A stretch of 63,734 nucleotides of DNA, counting the filler, from Choristocarpus tenellus KU-1152 (lineage: Eukaryota; Protista; Phaeophyceae): assembly GCA_964200185.2 (NCBI GenBank). It is 8 parts of 8 records of this genome, joined end to end, with 100 filler letters (N's around TTAATTAATTAA, not from the genome) between each part and the next. Parts side by side here need not be neighbours in the genome. Positions count along the whole stretch, not along the records: positions 1 to 24,896 come from CAXNAD020000195.1; 7 more parts are not named here. One strand, 5' to 3'. This document shows positions 12,508 through 24,996 of the stretch, piece by piece. The notes beneath the pieces are model-generated. The model did no database searches, had not been told where the DNA came from, and worked only from the letters and a program-made list of their open reading frames with translations. The position numbers and the translations under genes were made by a program. Every line of letters starts with the position of its first letter. The first letter of the stretch is position 1.

Positions 12508-15488
12508 GCATGTCGTCCCCTTACTCTACTGAGATTAGTGCATTCAGTATGAGAGAAGGTGCCATGGAAGAAGACGATCATATATTGTTTGGAGGATACT
12601 GTTAGATGAATTATGCTAACGAATGCTGTGTGCCGATTTTATTATGTATCAGTGAGACTTAATCTAACGACAGGCTACCCTCAAAGAATATATATTGATA
12701 CCTCATAGGCTTGAGAAAGAGGTTTGCTTTCATATCCATGTGCCCAAGAATGGCTATGAGATATCCCCTCTAGTATAGCAATGGCGTACCCCTGCAACAA
12801 CCTACTACCTTCTTGATTTTACACAGCAAATAGTCTTGTTACCACAAAAAAGGCTCCGCTTCTGTGCAGATCATATCCATCTCTTCTCATGTCGGTAGAT
12901 ATTGGATGGAAATTTTGCAGATGTGGGGCAGTATACTCAAATATGTATCGTGCATGATGCTATTCCAGAGTACATCTAAGGTGTTTAGACTGTCCAAATA
13001 TTCTGCCCTAAGGATTTCTCGTTTGGTCTCTGCCCTGATTGAATTTCCTCTTTGTCTTGACTTGTCTCGATCTTCTACAAACCTGTTTGTTACCTTTTGT
13101 ACAATCTCACCTTCGACCGGCTTGGGTCACAGCGATCTAGTATGCAGTAATGGCACTTCTTTGAGCTGCACGGCACAAAATTGCCTTCCTTCTCTCACCT
13201 TGTTAAGAAGGCTCAGGTCGCCCCTAACCCCCAACAGATGCAGCTGTGCACGAATGTCAGTCAGGGAAACCTTGGTGCTGCATGCAGGTATGACCTCGAT
13301 CAGGTCTACACGAGATGGAAAGATGCGGGAGGGGGGATGAGGGATGAGGAATGAGGAATGAGTGCCATGGAGGAGTGACTGTTCAAACAGTGGGGAAGAG
13401 AGCACACAAGACTTTCGACAGGAGATCTTCTGGCACGGGTCAGCCCTTTCCTGTCCTTGTCCCTGTCCCTGCCACTGTCCCACAACCCATAAGTGTAATC
13501 ATACCCTGATATGAGTTCTACGCAAAGGTGTGTAGTCCTCCAGTCCATTCCTTCCTCCCCTCACATTCTGACAGGTCTCTGTGTGTATCGCACCCAAAGC
13601 ATGCACGCTGTACAGGCCGTCCAAGATGGATTTCTTAAATGTATGCCCGAAGGTAGTCCAGACTCTGAGACATGACAATCCGACGGCCAGTGTAGCAGAA
13701 GAGTTGATCACTCACAAAGTCCATGACTTCAGTGGTCAATGGTATGACCAGGCAGGGGAAATTATTGAATCATTGCTATTCTGTGATTCAAGCAAGCACA
13801 CTGCAGTATTTTGTTGGGTGTGAGATCGTATTTCCATGGGTAGGGAGAATAATATGTTGTGTCATTGTGGTTTGGGGACATGTAGTCTCCTATATAGAGG
13901 GCAGCATACAGCATGAGGACAACAATGTTGAGTCAACAGATATTTCCAAAGAGCCAAGACATTTCCAGACCGCAATGCTGAAGAGCAAATCTCAGCACGT
14001 GTATCTTTGATTGGTCCCCTATACCATCATTAAAAACCTATCGACTTTATCCCAATTTGTGGAAATGGTACCCTACTTTAGAGCTACAGGTTCTTCTAAC
14101 ATATAATATCACCAGGGTGCTCCTATCTGCCGCACAGTCAGCACAGAAACCAGAACAAGCTGGTTCAAACTCCCGCGAGATGAGAGGAATGCAACCCCCA
14201 CCTCATGTTTAGTTCTGCATGGAGCAAAGAAATGCCCTCTCCAAGAATAGTGGAGCTAACCCCAAGTGAATGGTTGATACCTCGGAAAGGGGCGACACCT
14301 ACTGTAGGGGCATGCTCTACTAAAGGGCAAGTTCTACCACTCTGAGTGAGATAGCCATGGGTGGAACTACAATAGCCCAGTTCTCCATGATGGGGTCCAA
14401 GTGTAGAGCAAGCTCGACGTTCATGTCTATCGATTGAAAATCTCCAGATCTACAGTGAGTGAATGGATTAGACATAGAGACACTTACAGGCGCTCACCCA
14501 CAATGTTGTGTCACCCCTCTGAAGCACATCATAATGCTATTGAGAAGTGCAAAATGGGATACAGATTGCATTGTCTTGGGACAGTTAGGTTTGAACATAT
14601 GGCAAGCATACCACTAGAGGATAGTTTTCGGCACATCCAAATATGTTTGGAATTGCTGAATTTTCTTGTTTCTGACTACACTGGCAGCGGTATGTATAAT
14701 ACCACACATACTTTGCAAGGCACACTATTTTAGAGGGGTTTTCATTCGGACCTGTTGCTAATTTTAGGTTGATAAATGTTGACTGACATGTGGTGCACCC
14801 TTCCCCTTCTCCACCGAGATTAGTGTTTCAGGACAAGAAAGGGCGCTGTGGAATGAGAAATTACATTATCTGGAGGACAATGTAAGCTGAGTAACATTAG
14901 CATGCGCTGCATTGCAGCTTTATTTGATGTATGGGGAAGGCTTAATCTCACAACAGCCTACTCTCTGAGAGATGCGCCTCTGCTACTTCCATTAGAGGAT
15001 AATGATTGACCAGTCAATGTCATTGACTGAAGATGAATTATTTGATCTTAGCGTTTCTTCACTTTCTATACACTATTTCAGTGCCATGCTGTTTCTTTTT
15101 CTCTACTGCAAATGTACTTGCAGACTGCGAATGTGTGTGTAAATTAAAAATACGTTATTTATTGAAAGTGCCCAAATGAATTTCAGTACTAGTTGAGAAC
15201 GAGGGAAGACTTATTGTTAATACCCAATTAACAAGCATGCTTGAAACTCCAGTTCCCACATATTGTCTGCAAAAACGAGAGCTTTCTCCAAACGCTATAG
15301 CGAAGATTGACTACTTCTAAAGTATATTTCCTAGTAGTATCTACTGTGTGTCAAGTAAGTTTATTAGACCAAGAGAACTGATACTTGAAAATATTATATT
15401 GAGGTTAGAGGGAGTTGAATGCCAAGTGCGACCAAAGAAGCACATCATCTCATAGGACAAGAAAACCAGCTGCATGATATATTGATGA

Positions 15489-15666
15489 GGCTCAAAGTAT
15501 CTGGGGTGGGGGGGTGGCTGTCCAGTTTGGGTCATTTTTTTCATGTCACGATTTTTGGGTGATTTGGTTGCATATGTCGGATGGATAATGTAAATGCACT
15601 TTTCCTGATTTTGGTCCAAATAGACACCATGATGTAGACCTCCTTTCCCCCCAGATACTTTGGGTT
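15489..15666. mobile_element. MITE family B copy
   Basis: GGCTCAAAGTATCTGGGG...CCCCAGATACTTTGGGT TIRs, ~178 bp. Confidence 0.85.
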
Positions 15667-15925
15667 ACTGCACAGTACAGTACATACACTATATAACATC
15701 AAGTTTAGACCACTGAATTGTACACATATAATGATGCCCTGCGCAGCGAGATCCAGCTGCAACATAAAGGGTAATACTCCTGGTCCGCCACACTATACAT
15801 GCCATAAGTGTTGTGTTTGTAGCGACTATCTTCACGGCATTTACGGCGTTATGGATTCTTTTTGGTGCGTGCGTGCAAATTGTGTGTGAGCCCCACCAAG
15901 CGCAAGGCTTCGAGTCCTCCAGCCA

Positions 15926-16584
15926 GTGACAACACGGTGTCGAAGTGCTATGATAACAAGAAAGGTCAACATCCTCCCTGCCCCAGCCAAAGCGGTGCCG
16001 ACCTCAACGTTTGGAAAAAATAATTGTATTTCGAACAAGTTAACCTCCAGCACTGACAACTCTGTTGAGGACAACAATGAGCTGATGCATATCATGCGGC
16101 GACTGAGTGTCGGCACAAGGAGCGGCCATGTTGATGAGGATCTCTCCGGTGCTCTTGACACTCTGCACCTCAAAGCCGGTGGAAGGCCGTCTCAGGCTTC
16201 CATCTACACACCTAGAGCGTGGATCAGTGTGGAAAACAATGATGAAGTGGCCATTGTAATACTAGAGGACATGAAAGGCCAGCTGCTCGAGGAATCCTTG
16301 TACCAGTCAATGAAAGCTCGGGTGACGAGGATGATGATGGGTTTATGGAAGCGGGCAGTGCATTGGGGGTCATGAGGAAAGGAGCAGCCTCTTCAGTGTT
16401 ATCGATTCTTCCACCGCTGTACTCTAAAGTAGCTGACGAGTTTGCAAGGTTAGAAACAACCGCCGAAGAGTGCAATATGAACGATGTTTCGTACTATCTC
16501 CACAAAGCAAAGCTGGCTTGGCTCAGTGCAATCAGGGCAAGGCAATCAAACAAGCGGACATCCCCGATTTTTTGCCAGTCGTGA
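15926..16584 (+). pseudogene. Frameshifted C-terminal remnant of a pogo/Tigger-like transposase
   Basis: Overlapping ORFs 15926-16375, 16345-16584 and 16470-16658 read as one decayed protein: K..ILP, an acidic W.SVENNDEV segment, a helical tail and terminal KQADIPDFL, which resembles the KQxxIxxFF end of pogo/Tigger transposases. No DDE core seen. Confidence 0.45.
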
Positions 16585-19500
16585 TTTTCTTATTAGGGAG
16601 TAAGTTGTTCTACTTAGTGCGTGCAATGAGGGGTGCATGGCGGTGCAGCTGCATTTGATCCAAGGTGGCGTTTTTGATACTGTACTGTATAATATCCTTT
16701 TAGAGAGCAATTGAATGCGTAGGGCAGAGCACCCGAGGGAGATTGGCTTTGAACACGTTGACTTGATTTGAACTGCGAGTCATCTGTTCAGTCATCCAAT
16801 AGCTTGCGGGTGCTTTTCTTGGGAAGGTGTACTATACATATGAGTGAATACATCATAATAAGTGCAATTTACCAAAGTTACAGTAATGTATAATGGCATT
16901 GGTATACTGTGTAAGGGGTGGTGTAGATGTGGTGCTTGCTGCACCGCCACAGCTTCATCGAAATGGGCTCACCGAGGGCAATGTTCAATACATATCTACA
17001 TGTAACTACTCTTGAAGGCACATGGGAAACACATACAGCAAGATCGTCACTCTGTTGTCGGGGACAAGTATAAAGTGCCGACGAGCGGTGTTGGTGGATA
17101 CAACACAATATGTTTCTCTTATCACGATCCCTCGGTTTAAGAGAAAAGAGATCTTACATACGATAAGAGAGGATCGGGATATAAGAGAGTTTTTTTTCGC
17201 TTACCCCTACCTCTCTTATATAATACACCCTCTATATAGAATTGTTGCTATATATATATTATTATAGACCCGAAAGGAGAGCCTGAGGTAACCGTTATAG
17301 CTGTTGTAGAAGCGTCCAGGGCACAGTATGGACTGCACATAGGGTGCTCTTGTCTTGCCTGTAACTAATACAGCAAGATGAGATGGTACCCCCTCCTAAC
17401 CTGCCAACAGAATGAATTTGATAACAGTGGGTGACGCTATAAACAGGTTAGAAGGATCCTATCTACCTCGTTCTCGTTTCATGATCCAATCAACATAAGT
17501 TGCTGAAGTTTACATTTCCACAGCAAACTGCATACACGAAGGAGTGGGAACTGCAACCCGTAACCTAGCCCTAACCTCAACCAAGGCTTGCTGTAGAGTA
17601 AATAAGAAAATCGGGCTACTGATACCTGGTGCACAGTTTGTAGTTTTGTGAATCGTAACTATTCAATTGAGTAGATAAATTTAGTCGAAGATCGATGGAG
17701 ATTGTAGTGTACACCCTTAGATTAGTCAAATATTTTATCACGTGTTTGCACGCTCTGCAATTCGCTTATACTTCATCGTGGCACTCAGCATTTCCTTACG
17801 ATCATCTTGCATCGAAAAGTTGTGTGCAGATAAAAGGTAAATCCAATCTTTTTGAGCTCACTTAATTAATACTCACAAATCTTCTGAGTTCACAATATAG
17901 TTTTGGCTATTCTACGCTGGAAAACAAATAAGAATACTATCCAAGCCTTCTACTCATTTGAGCAATATCACCACCACACAGATCTAGCTGTGAGGAATAC
18001 CGTACAAAACCCTTTCACACCAAAATTGAGTGAATACCACGCAAAATACATTCTGAATAATTTGGTAAGGTAGATACACACAAACGCACAAAGGGACACA
18101 CACCCATCGAGAATGGATTGATGTGTTGGCCCAGTGGGGATACATCACCTACTAGTGATTCAAGCTCAAGAATAAGTTAATGCTGGTTCCTCGAGTACTT
18201 GTCTAGCACTAATCAATAGGGAATTTGAGACTTGGAATGGGACCACGAGGACACTATGCAACCCTTCTGAATTGCGCAATACATACTGAAACCCTATGAA
18301 ATACAGTAGTTTTGTTGCCTAATTTTTCCGTACGTTAAGTGCAATACCCTAAAGTAATTGCGAGAAGGATATTTATATTACAACACTGAGAATATAATGG
18401 TAAACATAAATATACGGCACAACATACTCTTGTAATTGTACAGTCCATGCGTAGAGGTGAGTTATGGGGGTGTAGATATGCTTGTAGGAACTTTGTTTCT
18501 CCTCTCCCCAGTGCTGTAGAGGACGAATCATAGGAATTGAAAACTTCTTGCCATTTTCTCGAGGGATGCAGTTTTTACCCACACAGTGATTATACCTGCA
18601 CAAGAAGTCATCCATACAATGCTGAAGAATCACCTGGAAAATCGACTTTGGGGCATAATATAGAAGAAACCCACCACTTGTTACAAGTTATGTTAAACCT
18701 CCCACTGGCATCTCTCTGATTCTGTAGAGGAGTGATGCATAGGAAAGTACTAAATATACATTATCAGCAAGTTCACCAAATGGATATTCGTAGGTTTGTT
18801 ATGCAAGTACTAAGTATTAACAATGGTTTAGAGCAGTATGCTTTGAGAAGGGGGTCTGTCTTCAAAGAACCCCAGGGAATGGAACAGGAAATCCTTGGTC
18901 AGTTCTGTGGCAAACCTTTGAGTGAAACCATCTAAGAGGGGTGTCAATTTTGACCCTTTGGAGTCTTGGGTATTTTGGAGCTTGTGCAATGTATGCCATG
19001 ACCATGTCTGAAGTGCCATGAAACCCCCTTACAATAGGAGGATGTGACAACACAAGATTTTTTAACTGTGAACATATTGTTAGCTAAGACCAGCTTTTTT
19101 TTTCACAATACTCAAAACAAATGCACCACAAAGCAGTTGTACGAGCCTTTGCAACTTAACAACATTGCCCTCTTAAAGGTAATCATCGTTGCTCAATTGC
19201 TACTTTAGTACCATCTGTCTATCTGTCCCACAAGGCCTCTACATTGTGGTTTTCAAGGTAGCACCTTGAGATATACTCCTGCCATTGCCCACCTCACATT
19301 CACACGCTCAAATCCAGTTTTGTTGGACCTCATGATCCACTCACTGATCAAGAAAGTGGCAGGCAATGAGCACAAGGACTTCGCTCCCTGTCCCCCTTCC
19401 CCACTATCTAGTCCTTCCTCTCAGCAAACAAATGAGGAGGACAAGTGTAAATTCATCACCAGGCAGACCAAGTTCAAGAACTTTTGATTTATCCTTCCCC

Positions 19501-20211
19501 CCTCCCCTTCTTCAGTGCCAAGGTGGCACTTCTTGTATGTGTACTTCCCATATATTAAAGAGCGAGCTATTTTTGCTCTCTAGGAAGAGAGAGACATTAC
19601 TACAGGAAGATAAAAAAAGACTTGATTCATGGAAAGCTTCAATTTCGACGAATTCAGTTTGTGGATCTAAAGTCAAAACTCGTATAAAATCAGACACAAA
19701 CCTCTGTGGTTCTCAAAGCTTTACGCTACTAAGACCAACTTTACTTGACATTGAATGATAGACACGAAAGTGCACTGAACGGGAGTTGGCACATTCTACT
19801 AACCAGCATCATGCTGTGTGACTGTGCTTAGGGTTGATTGAATCACGCCTTACTTGAATCCACTGCACATTCCTCTGGTGTCCCAAGACCTTGTTAACTC
19901 ACATGCACACTTACATCTAATGTGGTGAATCACTTACACTGAATTCCTACCCCTCAAAAGAGGTGCCAGTGCTCACTACAATATCTTATCCATCATTTTA
20001 GTAACACATGTTACAAAGTAAACTACAGGGCGGTCAAAGCAAGACTCACAAATACAAACGCCATTAACCCATCATGCCATTGCCAAGGTCAATACAGCCC
20101 ATAAGCTGAGCTTTGAAATACCCCCCTGCAACATCTCCTATTTCTATGGTGCTGTGAACACCATTGCAGAGAGTCTCAAATAGGCGATGCACAGCATTGT
20201 TGTGTATGCCC

Positions 20212-22132
20212 CTATTGAGTCCTTATGCAGTATCGCAGTGGTGGCGGGTCTTCAGGAACGAAACCCACCCTATAGTTGGGGGCCTGATGTGCCACCAAGT
20301 CAGCCTTACTGAGGTCTGCCTCATTTGAGTGCCAACCGGGTCTGCTCTGCATTGCCTCCTCACTGCTCCCTGATGGACCAGATTTCTGTGCTGTACCTGG
20401 TAGTGCGTACCAATGGAGGTAGGAATTTGAGATGATTATGTGCATTTGTGACTATATGCGCAGACCAGCGTGGTAAGAAAATAAAAAGGGGCACGATGAG
20501 AACTTGACCTCACAAAAGTCCCAGGACACCAGATGCCCCAACCACCCTTCACCCTCTCACCCATGTGACCAAACGTTGAATGCATTGCTCCTGCAGTTAC
20601 ACTTCCTTCTCCATGCCTAATACCAATCTGATCATGTTGCTGAGGATCTTGACCATCACTTCCACCAGAAAGCTTGGCGCTAGAGCTGCTGTAGGCATTG
20701 GAGCCAAAAATGCTTGCCTGGCTAGAAGAATTCTGTTGGAATCTTGGACCCACTTGATTTGTACTGTCAAACCCCCCTCCCCTGCCAAAACCACTTTTGC
20801 CTCCATAACCACCACTACCTACACTACTGTGTACACTGCTGAAACTGTTTTCCCCTCCACCAAATCCTCCACCACTTCCAAATCCCCCTCCACTTTGACC
20901 AAAAGTATGATTATTGAGGGCTCTATTTGTCCCCAAATTGCCACCAAACGCCCCCCCCTCCCTGCTCCCACCCCCAAAGTTGTTTAAGGTTAGGTTTGAG
21001 GCTCCTCGCCCCCTATCCACGTGACTCCCGGCCTGTCCACCATCTAGGTCATGACTGAACCTACAGTTATCCCCAAAGCGGCAGCTCCCGGTCTGTGAAC
21101 AAACCAATGCGTGCGATAGAGAATGACATGTAAGACGAATAATGTGTGCATTGTTGTTCATCGATCGGCAGATAACTTGCGGCAGAAAGAAAGGTGTTGT
21201 GAAGTGGCGGGCAACAACCATGGGCGGCATGGCCAACATGCCAAGCGTCACTCAGCGACTTGGAGCAACCTACGTACCGTGGGTTGATGGAAATCTTATA
21301 AAAGAATCACACTGATCACGTTGTCGCACCTGCCGAAAGTTGTTGCAGATATTTAGGGATTTGTCCTTGCCCCCTCCCCCTGAAGTGCTGGAGTGACTAG
21401 TATTTCCTCCGCCCCGAATATCGTGCTGGACCTCGTGACTGAACCGGCAGCGATCTCCATATTGGCACCTTCCCTCCTAACGCGTGGGACACGTTGAATT
21501 GATGCGGGGACTATTACCAAATGTTCAGCTCTACAGTTGAAATAGAGGGTAACAATGCTGTTAACATAGCATGAAGTGTACTGAATATGTAAATTAGTGA
21601 TGAGTGTCAAGTGACTGGAGGCCTAAGACCCTCCCTTGCAGCAGTTGCAAAGTAAGGGACAAGGTTAAAGGGTTCATACTGGACGATAACAAGAAAGTGC
21701 AGGAGGAAACCGTTGTGCCCTAGGGTCTTCACACCCCCCTTGTCTACTTTTGATGATACCTACCAGGAAAAATTTACATGGCCGCTTTCCATCTCCAGCA
21801 CCACCACCGCCATAAATACCACCATTTCCACGAGGTTCACCGCGACCATCAGAGCTAAGTTGGGTACGAGAGTCTTGTCGGGTACGAGAGTCTTGTCGAC
21901 TACGAGATTCGGTTCCTCTTTCTCTCAAGTCCTCTCCGTGCCAACCGCTGTTGAACCCTTGTCGCGCTGATGTTCGAGATTTACCCCCTCCCCCTCCAAA
22001 CCTCTCACTTCCTCCAGAGCCTGTGCCTCCTTCAAAGCCTCCACCTCCCCCGAAACCTCCACCTCCTCCGAAGCCTCCACCCCCTCCGAAGCCTCCGGCC
22101 CCGCCAAAGCTTCCTCCGAAACGTTGGGACAT
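20212..22132 (-). CDS. NUP42: NUP42/NUPL2(CG1)-like CCCH zinc-finger FG nucleoporin, 3 exons, ~361 aa
   Basis: Exons 22132-21764, 21092-20561 and 20396-20212 (GT-AG, total 1086 nt, in frame). Splicing builds CKFFL|TGSCRFGDNCRFSH (CCCH finger). Many FG/GFG repeats. C-terminal QAPNYRVGFVPEDPPPLRYC resembles the Nup42/NUPL2 Gle1-binding tail. Confidence 0.8.
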
Positions 22133-22957
22133 CCCTTTACTACTTGTCCAATGTGTGTTTGTGTCCTTTCGTGATCAAATTTCAAATCATTCCCCCTAAC
22201 CCTAAAAAAAAAAATTAGGTGAGAGGGTGTTGCTTTTTCAGGTCAGAAGAGAGAAAACGCGGGGATTAGATAGGGTCGACTAGGTGCACAGTGCTCGTCA
22301 GCACAATTGAATTCGTGGCTACTTAGCTTATTTTTGTGGAATGGTACCTTACTCTGGCGTCGTGGGTTCGCGTTCCTGTTCGTGGTGAAAGGTTGGCTGC
22401 GCTATAGAGGTTTAGGAAGGGCGTTATTGACAGCAACCTTTTAGATATGGTTTGAGGGGGCAATTATTCGTCGACCCAACGAATTTAGACCACCCCATGG
22501 GCTCTCCAATCCTGTGATAGATCTAGAACATATTATGGAGGGACAAAAAGTTGGCATTAATTGCCCTTCGAGACTATCACAAGAGTCAACATGTGTCCCT
22601 ATTTTTGACCTTATAGAGAGATATTTAAAAAATTCAAATCATTTGCTGTGTTTAGACCACTCTCACTTCAACCCCTTTAAAATTGCCTCTTGTCGGTGAT
22701 CGAGTGTGGGATATGATGCATGACTCTATTCATCATTATTGTTTACACTTTGCTCAGGCAAACTATACTAGCTGTGGAACTCGGCCACCTGCGTTTTTTG
22801 ATCTTGTCTCCGTGCTTCCCATCCAAACCCGTTTGTTGACCCCAGTCCCAAGCTTTCCCTGTTTCCTTCTCCTCATGGACTCTAAGATTTCGCTTGGGCC
22901 GACTTAAGACTTGTATTCACTCTCATTGGTTTCATTTCGCTCTCTGAAACGGTAGGC
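22133..22957. promoter_or_regulatory. Probable bidirectional promoter/5'UTR region
   Basis: 825 bp between divergent start codons (22132 on -, 22958 on +). Contains CCCTAACCCTAA near 22195. Confidence 0.5.
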
Positions 22958-24243
22958 ATGGAAACCATCATGGATGGTGGGGTTCCCTATCTTGGAGGAC
23001 TAGTGCCCAGGCAGAGCTGGGGTGGGGGATCTGGCCAATTTTCTGACGTGGGGGGGCGCATTGAGGTTGCAGCTGAGGCGAGTACAGGTGTTTACGCAAG
23101 TGGCATCGGTGTTGGGGCTGGTGTGCATGATGGGGACGCCTCTGAGCAGTTGAACTTCAATGAGCATCCGAATGGGGTTTTGGCCACTGAGACAGGGCGA
23201 ATCGCCACCCCCGAACCTGGCCACAACAAGGGCAAGGCACGTGGTCGTTCTAAGGGCCGGGCAAAAGGGGGAAAGGCCGGCAACAGCTCACGGGATAACA
23301 CCCCGGAACCTTTCGTTCCTGTGGACGACGCTACGCTGTGTAACGTCTGCATGGACGGTACGGACTTCGCAGAAAATCCACTGCTGGAGTGTGAGAGGTA
23401 TGTGTCTGTCTCTTTTTGTGCATATTTATATATTATTGTGCTTGTGTATTTGAACTGTCAACGTTTTGCTCTAGGGAGAGATTCGCAAGGTAACTTAAGA
23501 TACTCGTCACATTAGGGCTGGTTTGATTTTTCGATTAGAAGGTAGGTTTGTGCACTCTTTCAGGTTGTACATACCTTTCAAATGGATACAACAATTTTTC
23601 CTATGTCTCTTTTGGTCAGCTGAAGGTCCCCTTCTTCATGTGTTTCCTTTCTCCCTCTTTTGACTCCCACCTGCCCTCAATGTTTTTCACGTCAAACACC
23701 CAAAGATGAGCACTGCTTTTGTAACTACTATGTTGTTTGTTCCACTTGCTCTTAAAAATTGAGTTGGCCTGACCAAGACTTTCGTCATGACCTTGGAACC
23801 CAAACCTAATTCCCCACTCTGGTACCCTTTTAATTCTGTTGGTGCAACCCACCTCTCAAGTATTGCTTCAACTCTCCCAACCTCTCTTGACCATCCTCTC
23901 ATCTCTGTCTACAACAAAGGGTCTCCAACACACAGTTGAAAATCATCTTAGCATCTTTCCCTCTGTCTTCCCCTCTTTACCATTGCTTTCAACCTTCACT
24001 CCTTCCCCTCCCCCTTCCCTTTCCCCACCACTTCACCTTCACCCTTGTGTGCTTGCTCATCCCTACTTCCTTTCGTCAATGATGCCACTGCATTTTCTGT
24101 TCCTTTGAATCCCTGTGTACCCTGCTTGTGGTCGTGGGCCTTTCAGGTGCCATGTTTCTGTACACCAACACTGCTATGGTGTAAGTGTGTTACCAGTCCA
24201 TGATGGCGAACCTTGGTTCTGCCAACCATGCTCCCTGGGCGAG
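22958..24243 (+). CDS. PHD-finger chromatin protein (BRPF/JADE/NTO1/ATX-type PHD), 5' part
   Basis: Exons 22958-23397 (AG|GTATGT) and 24147-24243 (TTTCAG|, |GTATGT) join to CNVCMDGTDFAENPLLECERCHVSVHQHCYGV...PWFCQPC, a C4HC3 PHD. The gene runs off the contig. Confidence 0.85.
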
Positions 24244-24896
24244 GTATGTAATTTTCATGTAACGTTTGACATACTAACCTGTGTATTATTTTGTATTATT
24301 TATCTGAAAGATTATTTTTTCTTGAGAAGAGTTTCATTCCATGCATGCATAGCTTGTGATGGTGCCTATGCCTGCTTCCTGCTATGATTTCAGGGTTAGG
24401 GTTCCAGTTTTGAGCAAGGCTAGTGGTTGGAGGTTAGATCATAGCAGTTGTGTTGAGGCACTTTGGGTGTTATTTTTGAAGGATTAACAATGAATGCTAT
24501 ACTCTGCTGCACACCCACACCCACACCCACACACCTTCTGCTCGTCTGTTTGGTGCTTGTCACTATAGAACATATGACATAGTTTTTGTGTCCCAAATGT
24601 CTTGGCTTTGAGCACAGTGTCCTCTCAAGTGGAATGAACTAGTGCTGCGTGTTGCCGTTGGCGACCGATGGAGTGAGGATAGGGATGGGATGAACTCTGT
24701 GTCTTATTACAGTACTACATTCACAAAATGGGAAAAAAAGTGCTCTTTGTGAAGCACAAATTCTTAGTCTCTTGTGTTTATTTTCCTGCTTTTTTTTTAT
24801 AGTCATATATTTTTGTAACTTGTACGGGGGCCTTGAGGGTGGATGCATAATAGAGGGTCAGTGGAAGATCTCCATCTATTGGTTTGATGAAGTCCC

Positions 24897-24996
24897 NNNN
24901 NNNNNNNNNNNNNNNNNNNNNNNNNNNNNNNNNNNNNNNNTTAATTAATTAANNNNNNNNNNNNNNNNNNNNNNNNNNNNNNNNNNNNNNNNNNNN
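24897..24996. other. Artificial contig linker
   Basis: N44-TTAATTAATTAA-N44 (stops in all six frames). Confidence 0.99.

Noticed and set aside
21713-22218. Pro-rich and Thr-rich + strand ORFs
   Set aside because: Antisense shadows of the Gly/Phe-rich NUP42-like exon.
24897-24996. TTAATTAATTAA palindromes within N runs
   Set aside because: Artificial linkers. Neighbourhood across them is not evidence of linkage, so UvrC, ankyrin, Copia and the array cannot be treated as one locus.
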